DNA from: Candidatus Marinacidobacterales bacterium
GTDB taxonomy: Bacteria > Acidobacteriota > Vicinamibacteria > Marinacidobacterales > DATDRI01
Direction: 5' to 3'
DNA: 64,000 bases
NCBI GenBank assembly: GCA_965219415.1
Contig: CBDCNP010000002.1
Span: 5,088,001-5,152,000, forward strand
The first letter of the stretch is position 1. The number at the start of each line of letters is the position of its first letter. A model generated the notes under the pieces. The model ran no database searches. It had not been told where the DNA came from and was given only the letters and a program-made list of their open reading frames with translations. The translations under genes were made by a program, and so were the position numbers. Shown here in pieces: positions 8,744 to 19,366 of this stretch.

Positions 8744-11593
8744 TCAGGCGCGCGTTTGACCGCGAGGCACTCGTCTTGTTCGGGCCCGGCGCTTGCCCTT
8801 GCCAGCAGCCTTTGCGGCCAGCGGGGCCTGCATGCGCTCGTACAAAGCAAAGAGGTACTCGACGCGCTCGCGCTCGGACGTGAAGCGCGCACGGCGGTAG
8901 AGACGGTCGACGGCGCGGTCCAGCGTGTGATGTGCTCTTCGAAGATTCGGCGGCATCAGGTCGGGGTCGTAGAGATCGGCCAGCGTCGCGTCCGGGTGAG
9001 CAGCGCGGGCGTCGAGCACGGCCTGCGCAAGAGGCTCCAGTGCCGACAAACTAGCGTTCTCGCTCTTGAAGCCGGGCGGTGTCGGGAAAGTGTTATAAAC
9101 GACACCGATGGAGTAGCGGTAATCGCTTTTCAGTCGCCCGCCGATGTGGCGTAGCCATGCCATGTGCATGGCCGAGGTCAGCAGGGCGAAATCAGCCAAG
9201 GTGGCATTCTCAAGTACGAAGACGAGATCACTCGGGATAGTCGGTGGCTCCAGCCAGCCGGTGGGGACATACTCCCGCCGTTCCGAACTGACCTTGGGAA
9301 CGACAAGAAATGGTGTGGTTGGAAGAACCTCGACGTTGTACCGCGTCGGGTAGTCGGCGATTGCCAAAGTGCTCTTGCGCCTGCTCTGCGACCGATAACG
9401 GCGTACCGAGGCCATGCGGTCCTGAACAAGCGGCAGCCGTTTCAGCGTGTTTGGCGATGCCTCCTGCAAGGCAAGTATCCAGCGCTCGCCGCCCTGGAGG
9501 TATCCACGGGCATCAACGTATGGGCGAAGGAATGGCGCAGCCTCCGGTTCAGCTTCCAGGAACGAGACACGCTCCTCCGAATCAAAAGTGTAGAAGCCAT
9601 CGTCGATTGGCTGCGTGCCACTCACGAGTTTTCTCATGCCGTTGATTGGTCCTGCTTCCTTGCGCACCACGAGGTGCGAATCGGCCAGCGCGCCGCCATC
9701 GAACAGGTAGGGTGTGATCACGGCGTGGCGGCTTTCGAGCGGCTCCCCGTTGAGGTTCTCGTAGGCGAACAGCCTCCTGTCTCGTGGTGCATGCTCTGTC
9801 GTGTCCAGTCCGATGATGACCACATGCACGTGGGCCTTGCCGCGGGCGTCAGAACCCCAGGCAAACGTCCGGTGGGCAAAGGCGATCTCCAAACGGTGGT
9901 GGTCAAGTAACACCCGCCAGAGCTGCGCGACCTGCTCGCCTTGGGTAATCGAGTTGGTTGCGACGAAGCCGATCCTCGGTGGCTGACTTCTGTTCTCCCG
10001 TTGCGTGCGCCGCACGTACTCACCGGCACGAATGAACCATGCGGCCACGTAGTCGAGCGTGCCACCGCCACCGCCAAGCGCCGCGATGTGGCGCACCTGC
10101 ACCCGCTGATCTGCCGACTGGAACTTGGCTCCACCAAATGGCGGATTGCCGAAGACATACGAGCACTCATTCGGCGACAACACTTCACTCCAGTCGATCT
10201 CCAGCGCGTCGGCGTGGTGGATGTGCGGCGACTTCTCGATCGGAATCCTCGCGTAGGTCTTGCCGAACTCCAGGCTCAGCCGGTTGTTCATAATGTGGTC
10301 CATCATCCAGAGTGCGGTCGCGGCGATGCGGGCCGGAAATTCGCTGATCTCGATGCCGTGGAACTGATCCACGTCGACCACCGACTGCACCTCGAGCTCC
10401 AATTGGGTGGCGTCCGTGCGCGACGCTATCGCCCGCAGCACTTCGATTTCCAGAGAGCGCAGCTCCCGGTAGGCGATGATGAGGAAGTTGCCGCAACCGC
10501 ACGCCGGATCGAACAGGCGCAGCGTGCCAAGTCTGTCCCGAAACTTCCGCAGATCGGTCATGCTACGGCCGTCCCGGCGTCCTTGAAGCTTCTGGAACTC
10601 CGCTCGCAGATCGTCGAGGAACAATGGCTCGATCACCTTCAGGATGTTCTTCTCGGTGGTGTAGTGCGCACCCTGCGCGCGCCGGTCGGCCGGTTCCATG
10701 ACCGCTTGGAAGAGCGCACCAAAGATGGCTGGTGAAATCGCCGTCCAGTCGAAGCGGCTCGCGTCGAGGAGCGCCTGCCGCATCGCGGCATTGAAATCCG
10801 GAATACGCAGGGTTTCGGCAAACAGCTCGCCGTTCACGTGCGGAAAGCGCGCCAAATCCTCATCGAGCGCCGCTTGACGGCGCTCAATTGGCGTGTTCAG
10901 CACCTGGAAGAGCCGTGCCAGCCACGGACCGAGGTCGGCTCCGTCGACCGATGTGCGCTCCTCAATAAACTGGAGAAAGATGTCGCGCGGCTCGAAGATC
11001 CCTGTGTCGTCGGCAAACAGGCAGAACACGATTCGGACCAGAAACAGCTCCAGGTCGTGGCCGTCGTAGCCGGATGCCTTGAGCGCATCGTGTAGGTGCG
11101 CGATCAGCTCGGACGCCTCGATGTTGACTGGATCATGATCGCGGAACGCCCGGCGTTGCACACCGATGATGAAGCCGAACTTCTCGACTTGCTGGGGCAG
11201 GTCGACAAGCGCGAAGCGGGTCTCCTCGCGTTCCTCCCGGTCAAGCAGCTCGAACATCTGGAAATCGCAAAGCAGCTGGTAGCGGGGACGGTCCCGCTCG
11301 GGAAGCGCATCGAAGTACCCGCCAGCTTGACGGCGCGCAATGGACAGGTCGCGACCAGTGCTCTTCTGCTCGACCAGCAGAACGCCCGGCCAGAACAGGT
11401 CGATGAAGCCGTAGGTGTTGTCCAGTCGCCGGACGTGTTCCTCGTACCGCGCGACGGTACGCCGCCGGACGCCAAAGATCTCGAAGAACTCGTTATAGAA
11501 GCTCTGCGTCTCACCTTTCTCGTATGTAGCGTCCGCCCACTCGCGGGCGAAGACAGAGGCGCGCGCCCGGATCTCGTTCCAGGAAAGCCTCAT
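8744..11593 (-). CDS. MmeI-like type IIL restriction-modification enzyme (N6-adenine methyltransferase)
   Basis: N-terminal IDL..EQK nuclease motif, GAHYT, DPACGCGNFL, GNPPF and C-terminal TLADLYDP. Confidence 0.9.
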   Translation of the reverse strand: MRLSWNEIRARASVFAREWADATYEKGETQSFYNEFFEIFGVRRRTVARYEEHVRRLDNTYGFIDLFWPGVLLVEQKSTGRDLSIARRQAGGYFDALPERDRPRYQLLCDFQMFELLDREEREETRFALVDLPQQVEKFGFIIGVQRRAFRDHDPVNIEASELIAHLHDALKASGYDGHDLELFLVRIVFCLFADDTGIFEPRDIFLQFIEERTSVDGADLGPWLARLFQVLNTPIERRQAALDEDLARFPHVNGELFAETLRIPDFNAAMRQALLDASRFDWTAISPAIFGALFQAVMEPADRRAQGAHYTTEKNILKVIEPLFLDDLRAEFQKLQGRRDGRSMTDLRKFRDRLGTLRLFDPACGCGNFLIIAYRELRSLEIEVLRAIASRTDATQLELEVQSVVDVDQFHGIEISEFPARIAATALWMMDHIMNNRLSLEFGKTYARIPIEKSPHIHHADALEIDWSEVLSPNECSYVFGNPPFGGAKFQSADQRVQVRHIAALGGGGGTLDYVAAWFIRAGEYVRRTQRENRSQPPRIGFVATNSITQGEQVAQLWRVLLDHHRLEIAFAHRTFAWGSDARGKAHVHVVIIGLDTTEHAPRDRRLFAYENLNGEPLESRHAVITPYLFDGGALADSHLVVRKEAGPINGMRKLVSGTQPIDDGFYTFDSEERVSFLEAEPEAAPFLRPYVDARGYLQGGERWILALQEASPNTLKRLPLVQDRMASVRRYRSQSRRKSTLAIADYPTRYNVEVLPTTPFLVVPKVSSERREYVPTGWLEPPTIPSDLVFVLENATLADFALLTSAMHMAWLRHIGGRLKSDYRYSIGVVYNTFPTPPGFKSENASLSALEPLAQAVLDARAAHPDATLADLYDPDLMPPNLRRAHHTLDRAVDRLYRRARFTSERERVEYLFALYERMQAPLAAKAAGKGKRRARTRRVPRGQTRA

Positions 11594-13162
11594 CGCCGCC
11601 CGCCCATCGGGTGGATGAACTCATTGGTGGCACAGCAGATGTCGAGATGGACGGCCAGCATCGCGTCAGTTACCGCTCGACGAGCATGGTCCTTGGCGGT
11701 TGGTGTGTGGGTTGCAAATCTCATATCGGACACCGTGTGCGGGATGTCGAGCACTGGCGAGGCGTGCAGGTGATGTCGCCTCACGCGAGGTGTTGCCGCC
11801 GAGCCGCTTCTTCTCGGCCCCGGAGAAACTCCCAGCTCCAGCGGAGCAACGGCATCGTTCCCTTGAGCGACGAGAGGGATCTTGCTTGTGGCGCAATGTC
11901 TGAACGGCCAAGGTCAAACATTGTACGTGCCCAAGCGGAATCCCGCGAGCGTCTACGGGCATTCAGGACGGTGTGGGCCAGTACCCGCCCGCCCGATCAC
12001 CTCGTAGCCCTATGTCAACCTCTCGCCCGTCACCGGGGGTAGCGTGACGGAGCGGCTCAAGGCCATCGAGAACGAGCCGTGGGGCGACGATGAACGGGAT
12101 ACTCTCAAGCCTTGCTGGACCATGGTTGAGGCCAAATCGGAGGCAAGCGAGGCAAGTAAGGACATAAAGGAGGCCCGGGCCGCAACTGGACCAGAACTTG
12201 CTGGGCCAGCTATGCCACGGTAGGTCCGGCCGCGATTCTGGCCTCTTGGGTGGCCTCTTTTCTGCTGCCGCACGGCCCCGGTCAGCGCCCGTCTCCTATT
12301 TGGCCCGAACTTGGCACTCGAAAATCGCGATTAGAGACGAATACCGAAAATGAGGCCTTTTCAGCCTTTCTAGCGCGTCTCTGGTGCCACCTACCCCTGC
12401 AAAACCCCGCCAACCGCGCGGAAAATCTCACCCGTCTCTGCAGTGCCACAATTGGCCGGACTGTGTGGCGGATGGTGCAGTTCGGAGCTATCCGGTCTCG
12501 GTAAAAGGTATTTATAGAGTTTATAGAGTGTTACGTCGCGCTTTCGCCGCGCGCGTGGTGGGGCAATGTAGCGAAAACTCAGAGAAGCCCTGGTGCCTAC
12601 GTCGTTCTATCCTCTTGTACTACAGTGATTTAAAGCCATCCGTCACGTGCTGGTCCCCGCACGCCTCATCGACGGGGGGTCGTTCGAGTTTATTTGCGAA
12701 TTGACATTAAATCCGATTTTCTAGACGGCAATCTCAACCTCCTTGACGCCTGAAAGAGGGCCGTGTCGTAAACTCTCCGACGGAGGCTCTGCTCGTAAGT
12801 CATTGTAGTGAAAAGCTATTACGCCTCATCGATGGACGCGTCGCCGACGGGAACACCTTTCCGACTATCGCAGTCGTAAGGCTCAAGTGGGGGCAAGTGG
12901 AGCTATTCGGGTCTTGGCAGCAAACAAGCAGTAACGGTGCAAAACAGGTCATCAAAATGCAATTGGAGGCCATTTCGGAGCTGCATCGAGCGCTAATCGC
13001 TCAGTTAATGGGAAAACGCCGTCGTGTCCAAAAACACAAACGAACTCAAGACCCGCACGCCGCCGATGTCATCATTAGTGAGGGGCGATGCCGTTCGCCG
13101 ACTGATGGAGATCAAGAGCGAGCGTGGCTGCGGCCGCAGGTTGGCTTACAACGTGACCTGCC

Positions 13163-14824
13163 TCACAGCGTTGCGACGAGGGCACGCTGCTCCTCCCAAT
13201 CGTCGGGAAGCGGATGATGGAGGAGGTAGCTCGAGGTCAGCCCAACGGGCTGACGGCCTTCGACAATGGCACGGACGATGTCGGGGGCCATGAAGGCATA
13301 ACGGATTGCCTTGCGCACGCGGGCCTTTGGGATGGCGTCTTCGATGGCAATCTCCTCATAGGTTTTGCCCGCTTTGATTCGGTCAAGCCAGGAGAGGGCA
13401 TTGGCGATATTGCGCAGGAGGGTGCGGTCAACGGATTTCGTGGGGTTGCCCAGAACGAGCTTGGTCTCGACGCCGCGTCGACGCAAGCGGAACGGTGCGT
13501 GGATGCGGAGTGCATCCTCGCGAATGCGGTCGGGTCCCATAGACAGGCAATCAGCGAACGTATTGCGGTCGAGCAGGATGGACACAGAGCCTGGGCTGAT
13601 ATCGACCCGCCGGATGAAACGGAGCAGGCTGGCTGCCGAGGCACTATCATCATTATTACCGGAACACAGCCCGTCTAAAAAGCGACGCACCGAGGCGAGC
13701 TCTTGCATCGTCGGAGTGTGGATCAACGAGGCCGAGAAGGTCGTGGTATCCACATGCTGTCGGATGAGATGCACGACGGTCTGTTCCAGCATCGGGGCGG
13801 GCAGTCGCCAGCCGGAGAGGTCCTTTTGGCCACTGTGCTGGATGAGGCGCCGGGAGACGTAGTAGCGGAGCCGTTGCCCGTTTTTCTTTTTGGTGTGGCT
13901 CGGCGTCAGTCGGTCCCCGGTTTCATCGAAGAGCTTGCCTGCCAGTGGGGAACGGGTTGCACGGCCCTTCGTCGTGCGTCTCCTTGGTTTGGCAGCCCCT
14001 GCCTGCAGCTGCGTTTGGACCGCGTCCCAGAGCTCCGGAGCAATGATCGATGGATGCTGGCCCTCGTAGACACGCCTCTGGTGCCGGATGCGGCCGGCGT
14101 AGAGAGGATTGGTCAGCAGGCAGTGGAGGTGTCCGCGACGGAACGGCAGCCCGCCCGTTAGGGTTCCATCCGCGGCGAAGCGTCGCTTGGTGCGCAGTCC
14201 CAGACGGTCCGCGTCGGCCTTCACCTGCCGGAGCGTTCCGTGCTGCCGGTACAGCGCATAGAGCGTCCGGACCGTTTCGGCCTCAGCCTCGTTGATGCGC
14301 AGCGTGCGCTCGTCCTTCTCATAGCCGAGCGGTACGCGGCCGCCCATCCATAGTCCCTTGCGCTTGGAGGCAGCGACCTTATCGCGGATCCGCTCGGCCG
14401 TGACCTCCCGCTCGAATTGTGCGAAGGACAGCAGCATATGCAGCGTCAGTCGTCCCATGCTGGTCGCGGTGTTGAAGGACTGAGTCACCGAGACGAAAAC
14501 CGCGCCGGCCGCCTCGAGCCGCTCGACGAGCTTTGCAAAGTCGGAGAGGGAACGGGTCAGCCGGTCGACCTTGTAGACCACAATCTGCTCGACGAGACCG
14601 GCATCGATGTCGGCGAGCAAGCGCTGTAGGCCCGGGCGCTCCAGGGTTCCTCCCGAGATCCCCGCGTCCTCGTAGACGGTTGGCAGCAGCACCCAGCCCT
14701 CCGCTTTCTGGCTTGCGACATACGCGGCGCAGGCCTCTCGCTGCGCATCGAGGGAGTTGAAATCCTGTTCGAGACCCTCTTCCGCGCTCTTTCGGGTATA
14801 GATGGCGCAGCGGATTTTCGTCAT
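13163..14824 (-). CDS. Large serine recombinase
   Basis: AIYTRKS catalytic Ser; RPGL, DRLTRS and FERE motifs; recombinase and zinc-ribbon-like regions. Confidence 0.92.
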   Translation of the reverse strand: MTKIRCAIYTRKSAEEGLEQDFNSLDAQREACAAYVASQKAEGWVLLPTVYEDAGISGGTLERPGLQRLLADIDAGLVEQIVVYKVDRLTRSLSDFAKLVERLEAAGAVFVSVTQSFNTATSMGRLTLHMLLSFAQFEREVTAERIRDKVAASKRKGLWMGGRVPLGYEKDERTLRINEAEAETVRTLYALYRQHGTLRQVKADADRLGLRTKRRFAADGTLTGGLPFRRGHLHCLLTNPLYAGRIRHQRRVYEGQHPSIIAPELWDAVQTQLQAGAAKPRRRTTKGRATRSPLAGKLFDETGDRLTPSHTKKKNGQRLRYYVSRRLIQHSGQKDLSGWRLPAPMLEQTVVHLIRQHVDTTTFSASLIHTPTMQELASVRRFLDGLCSGNNDDSASAASLLRFIRRVDISPGSVSILLDRNTFADCLSMGPDRIREDALRIHAPFRLRRRGVETKLVLGNPTKSVDRTLLRNIANALSWLDRIKAGKTYEEIAIEDAIPKARVRKAIRYAFMAPDIVRAIVEGRQPVGLTSSYLLHHPLPDDWEEQRALVATL

Positions 14825-14825
14825 G

Positions 14826-15257
14826 TCAGGCCTTGCGCTTGGGCGTCAGACCGAAAAAGCGTGGTCCCGACCAGTGTGTGCCGGTGATTCGCTTTGTGAT
14901 GGTGGTGAGGGACGGGTAGGTTTTGCCATCAAACCGATAGCCGTTGTCGAGTACCTCGACCTGATAGGTCCTGCCATTCCACTTGCGGACGAGATAGGTG
15001 CCGGCAGAAACGGACCCTGCGGGAGCAGAGTGTTTTGGTGTGCCGTTCGCCATGGCGGCCAGAGCGCGTCGGGTTGCGGCCGAATGCCCCCCATGGGTCC
15101 GGCATTGGCGTTCGTACGCAAGAACGCGGCGCAGGAGAGCGCGTGAGAGCGAGCTTGGCGGAGCGGACCCAAAGGTCTGCTCCCAGGCCCGCCGCAGGCT
15201 GGCGAGGTCCAAACCGTCCAGAACGACCCTCCGGCCAACTCTTGTATCCTGCGGCAT
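14826..15257 (-). CDS. DUF2924 family protein
   Basis: LVRKWNG and YPSLT.I...ITGTHWSGPRFFGL; lies directly upstream of the serine recombinase. Confidence 0.85.
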   Translation of the reverse strand: MPQDTRVGRRVVLDGLDLASLRRAWEQTFGSAPPSSLSRALLRRVLAYERQCRTHGGHSAATRRALAAMANGTPKHSAPAGSVSAGTYLVRKWNGRTYQVEVLDNGYRFDGKTYPSLTTITKRITGTHWSGPRFFGLTPKRKA

Positions 15258-15525
15258 TACCGGACGTTCGCTCTTTTGCGCCGTAAAGTCCAGTCCAATG
15301 GGCGCTTCCGCGGGTGCGCAGTTCGCGGCCTGCAGCTCGTCCTGCAGCCGATTTGAGCCAGCCAGCCGTGCGTACCCCAGTGGGTCTGTCGCCCGCCACC
15401 CGCAGCCCAGGGGTCGGAAGCACGCCCCGCGGCGCGAAATACCCTGGATTCTGCGCGGATTCCAAGGGCGTCTAAGCTGCTGATTTGTGGTCTATTTCTA
15501 AAGGGCCGAGTTTTGGCACAGGACG

Positions 15526-16556
15526 AGGAGGCGTCGCTTCCACACTTCGAAGCCTTCCGCGAAGAAGACCCGCTTCCAGAGCGAGTGTTGAATCAGATCT
15601 TGGTGGGGGTATCGACCCGAAATTACGAATCGAGTCTGAACAAACCCGCGGCCAAGTTGAAGTCTCGTGGCACGAGTAAGAGTGCCGCCAGCCGTCACCT
15701 CGTGAGCCAGACGACTAAGAAGCTCGAGGAATACCTGTCTCGGCGGCTAGAGGAGTTCGAGCTTGCGGCACTGATGCTGGATGGCCTTGAGGTGGCCGGA
15801 CAGACCGTCGTCGTAACTCTAGGTATCACAATAGATGGAACGAAGGTGCCCCTGGGTATATGGCTGGGCTCGACGGAGAACTCTCGGGTGTGCACCGCGA
15901 TGTTGCAGGACCTTCTCGAGCGAGGCTTGCGCGTCGATGAGTCGATTCTCTGCGTAGTGGACGGAGGCAAAGGCATCCGCAAGGCACTCGTCGACGTTTT
16001 GGGGGACCTCGCGGTCATCCAAAGGTGCCAGATCCATAAACTCCGAAATCTTCGCTCGTACCTTCCCAAGTCTCGTCACGCCTACGTGCTCCAGACGATG
16101 AAGGAAGCCTACAAGTGCAAGAGTGCCGACAAGGCGCGCAAGCGACTTCAGGCATTGGTGTCGTGGCTCGAGCGAAACGGCTACGACGAAGCTGCCGGAA
16201 GCCTTCGTGAAGGGATGGAAGAGACACTCACGGTCGTGAAGCTCGCGCTGCCCGCCTTACTTCGCCAGTCTCTTGCCACGACGAACGCCATTGAGAATCT
16301 CAACGGAACCATTCGCAGAGTATCGAGAAACCTCAAGCGTTGGAAGAGTCCTTCCATGGTTCGCCGATGGACCGCTCTTGGCGTCGTCACCGCGCAGAAA
16401 AAGTTCCGGCGTATCAAAGGCTATCGCCATATGGGCGCTCTCGTTCACGCGCTTAGAAGCAAACAGAAATCTCTTGACAGCGATGAGTTTGCTGCCTAAG
16501 AGTATTCACAGGTGCCGTCGCTACCCGACCAAATTCAACAGCGGCCGGGACATCCC
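15526..16556 (+). mobile_element. 5'-truncated IS256 element (CDS to 16499)
   Basis: GVSTR, LMLDG, VDGGKG, QRCQIHK and TTNAIEN motifs; end ...TTCAACAGCGGCCGGGACATCCC. Confidence 0.88.
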
Positions 16557-16756
16557 CCCCAGGATTGAGGCTACTGCCGTGGTAACTGCGGTTCCACAAC
16601 TAGATCGAGACGTGGGCGGCGAGTGCGCCAGCCCCGGATGGACGCCATTGCCTCTTCGGTCCTCTCATTGGCTCCTCCTTTGTAGGCTCTCCGCCGTGGG
16701 ACTACAGCCCCTCAGTGACGCTGTCAACTAGCTTAATTCCCTGGGTATTAGTGTTT

Positions 16757-17047
16757 TCAGTACTTAGACGGCGGCTCGGCTCTCTCGGCTGTCTCGGTAG
16801 GTGGGGTATATATCGCGACGCGGCGCTTTGCGGCGGCCTCGGGAGTCTCTTTGCGTCTCTGGATCGCTTCGTCGGCTATTTGGTAGGCGAGATCGGTCAT
16901 GCGCTCGACCATCATCCCACCGTATCGGCCGACCAGGCCCTCGAGGGCTTGTCCAGCAAACCAGTCGCGCAGACTCATCCCGCGATTAGCTGAGTTCGGA
17001 TCGTACCCAGGAAAAGCTGGACCGCCGTTTTTGATTGAATCTGCCAT
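16757..17047 (-). CDS. Phage-type hypothetical protein
   Basis: GGPAFP...GMSLRDWFAGQAL...AYQIAD motif recalled from small phage proteins; AGGAGA RBS. Confidence 0.7.
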   Translation of the reverse strand: MADSIKNGGPAFPGYDPNSANRGMSLRDWFAGQALEGLVGRYGGMMVERMTDLAYQIADEAIQRRKETPEAAAKRRVAIYTPPTETAERAEPPSKY

Positions 17048-17217
17048 GGTTCTATCTCTCCTTTTTCTGGCGGGTGCGCCGGGCGGAGGCCAGGAAGGCA
17101 GGCAGGATTGTCGCCCCCCCGAGGTTCGTGACCCAGCGCACCCATCATCTATTCGACGTTTTTACGAAACCCTAGCGTAAGCACGGCGATCATGAGCATT
17201 CGTCTTAGCATTTGTTC

Positions 17218-17435
17218 GGTACTTCCGCAATTAAGTGTTGGCGGCCAGCCCCTAACCGGTCTGCGTGCTAGAGTTTGAACCAGAATTCCGAAGACACAGT
17301 TCTCTCATCGTCAGAGCCGAGCCGAAGTGAAGAATCGCAGATGTCTCAATCTCACATGTCCGTTGCGAGGCAAAGTCAGTTCCAGAAACATCGTTCGCCA
17401 CGGATTCCACCGAACCAGGTCCGGGAAGCGCCGTC
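17218..17435 (+). mobile_element. IS1-family left end plus N-terminal zinc-ribbon fragment (from GTG 17327)
   Basis: TIR GGTACTTCCGCAATTAAGTGTTG; translates KNRRCLNLTCP..NIVRHG..RSGKRR. Confidence 0.7.
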
Positions 17436-17536
17436 GGTGCTTCCGCCATCAAGTGATGGAATGGACTCCTCCACTGACATAGACGGCATCGATGTGCCAA
17501 AGTCAGTCGAATACGCATCGAAAAGGAGGAGTCCGA

Positions 17537-18568
17537 ATGAAAGATACGACAATCGCTGTGGATCTTGCAAAGAACGTCTTCGAGATTGCCATCTCGGGAG
17601 AAGCGGGGAAGGTGTCCAAGCAACTCCGTGTGAGTCGACCCAAATTGGTGTCGTTCTTTGCCAAACAGAGCGCTGCCACCGTGCTTCTCGAAGCCTGCGG
17701 CTCGGCTCACTTCTGGGCAAGGACGTTCCGAAGGTTGGGACACGACGTCGTCCTGCTCCCACCTCACCTCGTGAGGCCGTATCGACGCGGGAGCAAGAAC
17801 GACCGCGCCGACACGAAGGCGTTGCTCGAGGCCTACAGGAACGAGGAGCTTCTTCCCGTACCCATCAAGTCCGTGCACCAGCACACCCTCGCTGCGCTCC
17901 ATCGCCTGCGCTCAGGATGGCTCTCCACACGGACCGCACGCATCAATGCCGTACGCGGGCTCCTGCGCGAACTCGGATTCATCATCCCAAAGGGCGCTCA
18001 CTTCGTCGTGCCCGCCCTCTTCGAACTCGTCGAAGACGCTGATTCTGATTTGCCCGACGTGCTCCGTTCGCATCTCCGTGATGCCTGCTCCGAGATTCGA
18101 GAACTCAAGGACAAGTGCGCTAGCATCGAGCACGAGCTCAAGGCGCTCACCAAGCAGCTTCCTGAAGTCCAACGACTTCTCGCCATTCCCGGCATCGGAC
18201 TTCTGGCCGCGACCGCCATCGTGGGCTTCGTCGGCGATCTTCGCCGCTTCCCATCGGGGCGCCGCTTCTCGAGCTACCTCGGCCTAGTTCCCAAGGAAAA
18301 CTCCAGTGGCGACATTCGCCGCCTCGGACGCATCACCAAGCGTGGCGACTCCTACCTCCGTATGCTCCTCACCCAGGGCGGGCGCGCCGTGCTCCGCGCG
18401 GCGAACGTCAGCAAGAGCCCGCCCGACAAGCTCCGCGCCTGGGCTCGGAAGGTCCACCGCTCGCGGGGACACAACAAGGCCGTGATTGCTGTCGCCAACA
18501 AACTCGCCCGGATCGTCTGGGCCGTCTCCACCCGCGAGAGTGAATTCCAGTCGCCGGTGGCCGCTTAG
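17537..18568 (+). CDS. IS110 DEDD recombinase/transposase
   Basis: AVDLAK, LLEACG, KNDRAD, PGIG, LGLVP..NSSG and AVANKLAR motifs; AGGAGG RBS. Confidence 0.95.
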   Translation: MKDTTIAVDLAKNVFEIAISGEAGKVSKQLRVSRPKLVSFFAKQSAATVLLEACGSAHFWARTFRRLGHDVVLLPPHLVRPYRRGSKNDRADTKALLEAYRNEELLPVPIKSVHQHTLAALHRLRSGWLSTRTARINAVRGLLRELGFIIPKGAHFVVPALFELVEDADSDLPDVLRSHLRDACSEIRELKDKCASIEHELKALTKQLPEVQRLLAIPGIGLLAATAIVGFVGDLRRFPSGRRFSSYLGLVPKENSSGDIRRLGRITKRGDSYLRMLLTQGGRAVLRAANVSKSPPDKLRAWARKVHRSRGHNKAVIAVANKLARIVWAVSTRESEFQSPVAA

Positions 18569-18599
18569 ATTTAGAGGCTCCACTTTCGTGTTTTCCTTT

Positions 18600-18800
18600 T
18601 TCCCTTCCAAAAGAGGCTGCGACGATACCCATCCAACTGATGGCGTACCGGTCGGACCGGCGCGGGGTCAAGCCAATAGCAACACTGGCCCTAAGAGGTC
18701 GTTCAAAGTGATTGGCTCCTCGCGCGCGGATTTTCCATCATGGCCCGGAGCACCCAAGACGCTCCTCACTGAGGCCGAAGATACGTTTGCAGTCTGACCC
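18600..18800 (+). ncRNA. Predicted bridge/seek RNA (boundaries approximate)
   Basis: Loop 18671-18717 carries TAGCAACAC and AAGTG (target); loop 18726-18790 carries TTCCATCAT and AGATA (donor junction). Confidence 0.8.
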
Positions 18801-19366
18801 ACTCGTCACGACGCGATGGATGCGCAGCTTCGATGGAAGATTTATTAAGAAAGGGGCGTGACTAGAAAGAAAGGGGCTTGACTAGAGGAGTCCAGATATG
18901 TTGGCGGCCGCCGCGTAACCTGTTCGCGTGCTAGAGTCTTAGCCTGATTTCGAGAGGCGCAGTTCTTTCGTCGATGCCGGCTGGGCCGAGTTTTGGCACA
19001 GGACGCGATCCCGTATGGTGCAAATAGTACGTCGAGCTCGCGTCGGCCTGTGGAGGGTTGATGACCGGATCTGCGCAAAGCGAGGATTCGATGGGCCGCG
19101 AGCCGAGGTCAATGCCACGACGATACGAAACCCACGGGGCGGCTCGGACGGCACTCGACGCTGGGCCCATCCGCGTCCTGGTCCTGGGGAAAATCGTCTA
19201 GCAAACGGTTGCCGAGACCCTGGTGATTTCTCCTGCACAGGCCTGGATCCGATGGCATCGTCAGACATATCGCCCCTTATCCAAGCACATTTGCCACGTC
19301 GGCTCGCTTGACCGGCGCATAGGCGCCCCGTAGGATACCGTAGGCCTCACCGAAAAGGAGCTTCCG

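Larger units (their letters stand above)
17456..18898 (+). mobile_element. IS110 family, IS1111-type element, copy 1 (1443 bp)
   Basis: Subterminal IR TGGACTCCTC (17462) / GAGGAGTCCA (18885); TG core on both flanks; long 3' non-coding region. Confidence 0.92.

Noticed and set aside
12460-12500. tRNA gene
   Set aside because: Only a degenerate fragment; no cloverleaf
12757-13019. Possible further IS end (GGGCCGTGTCGTAAACT)
   Set aside because: Single copy with no partner end or transposase
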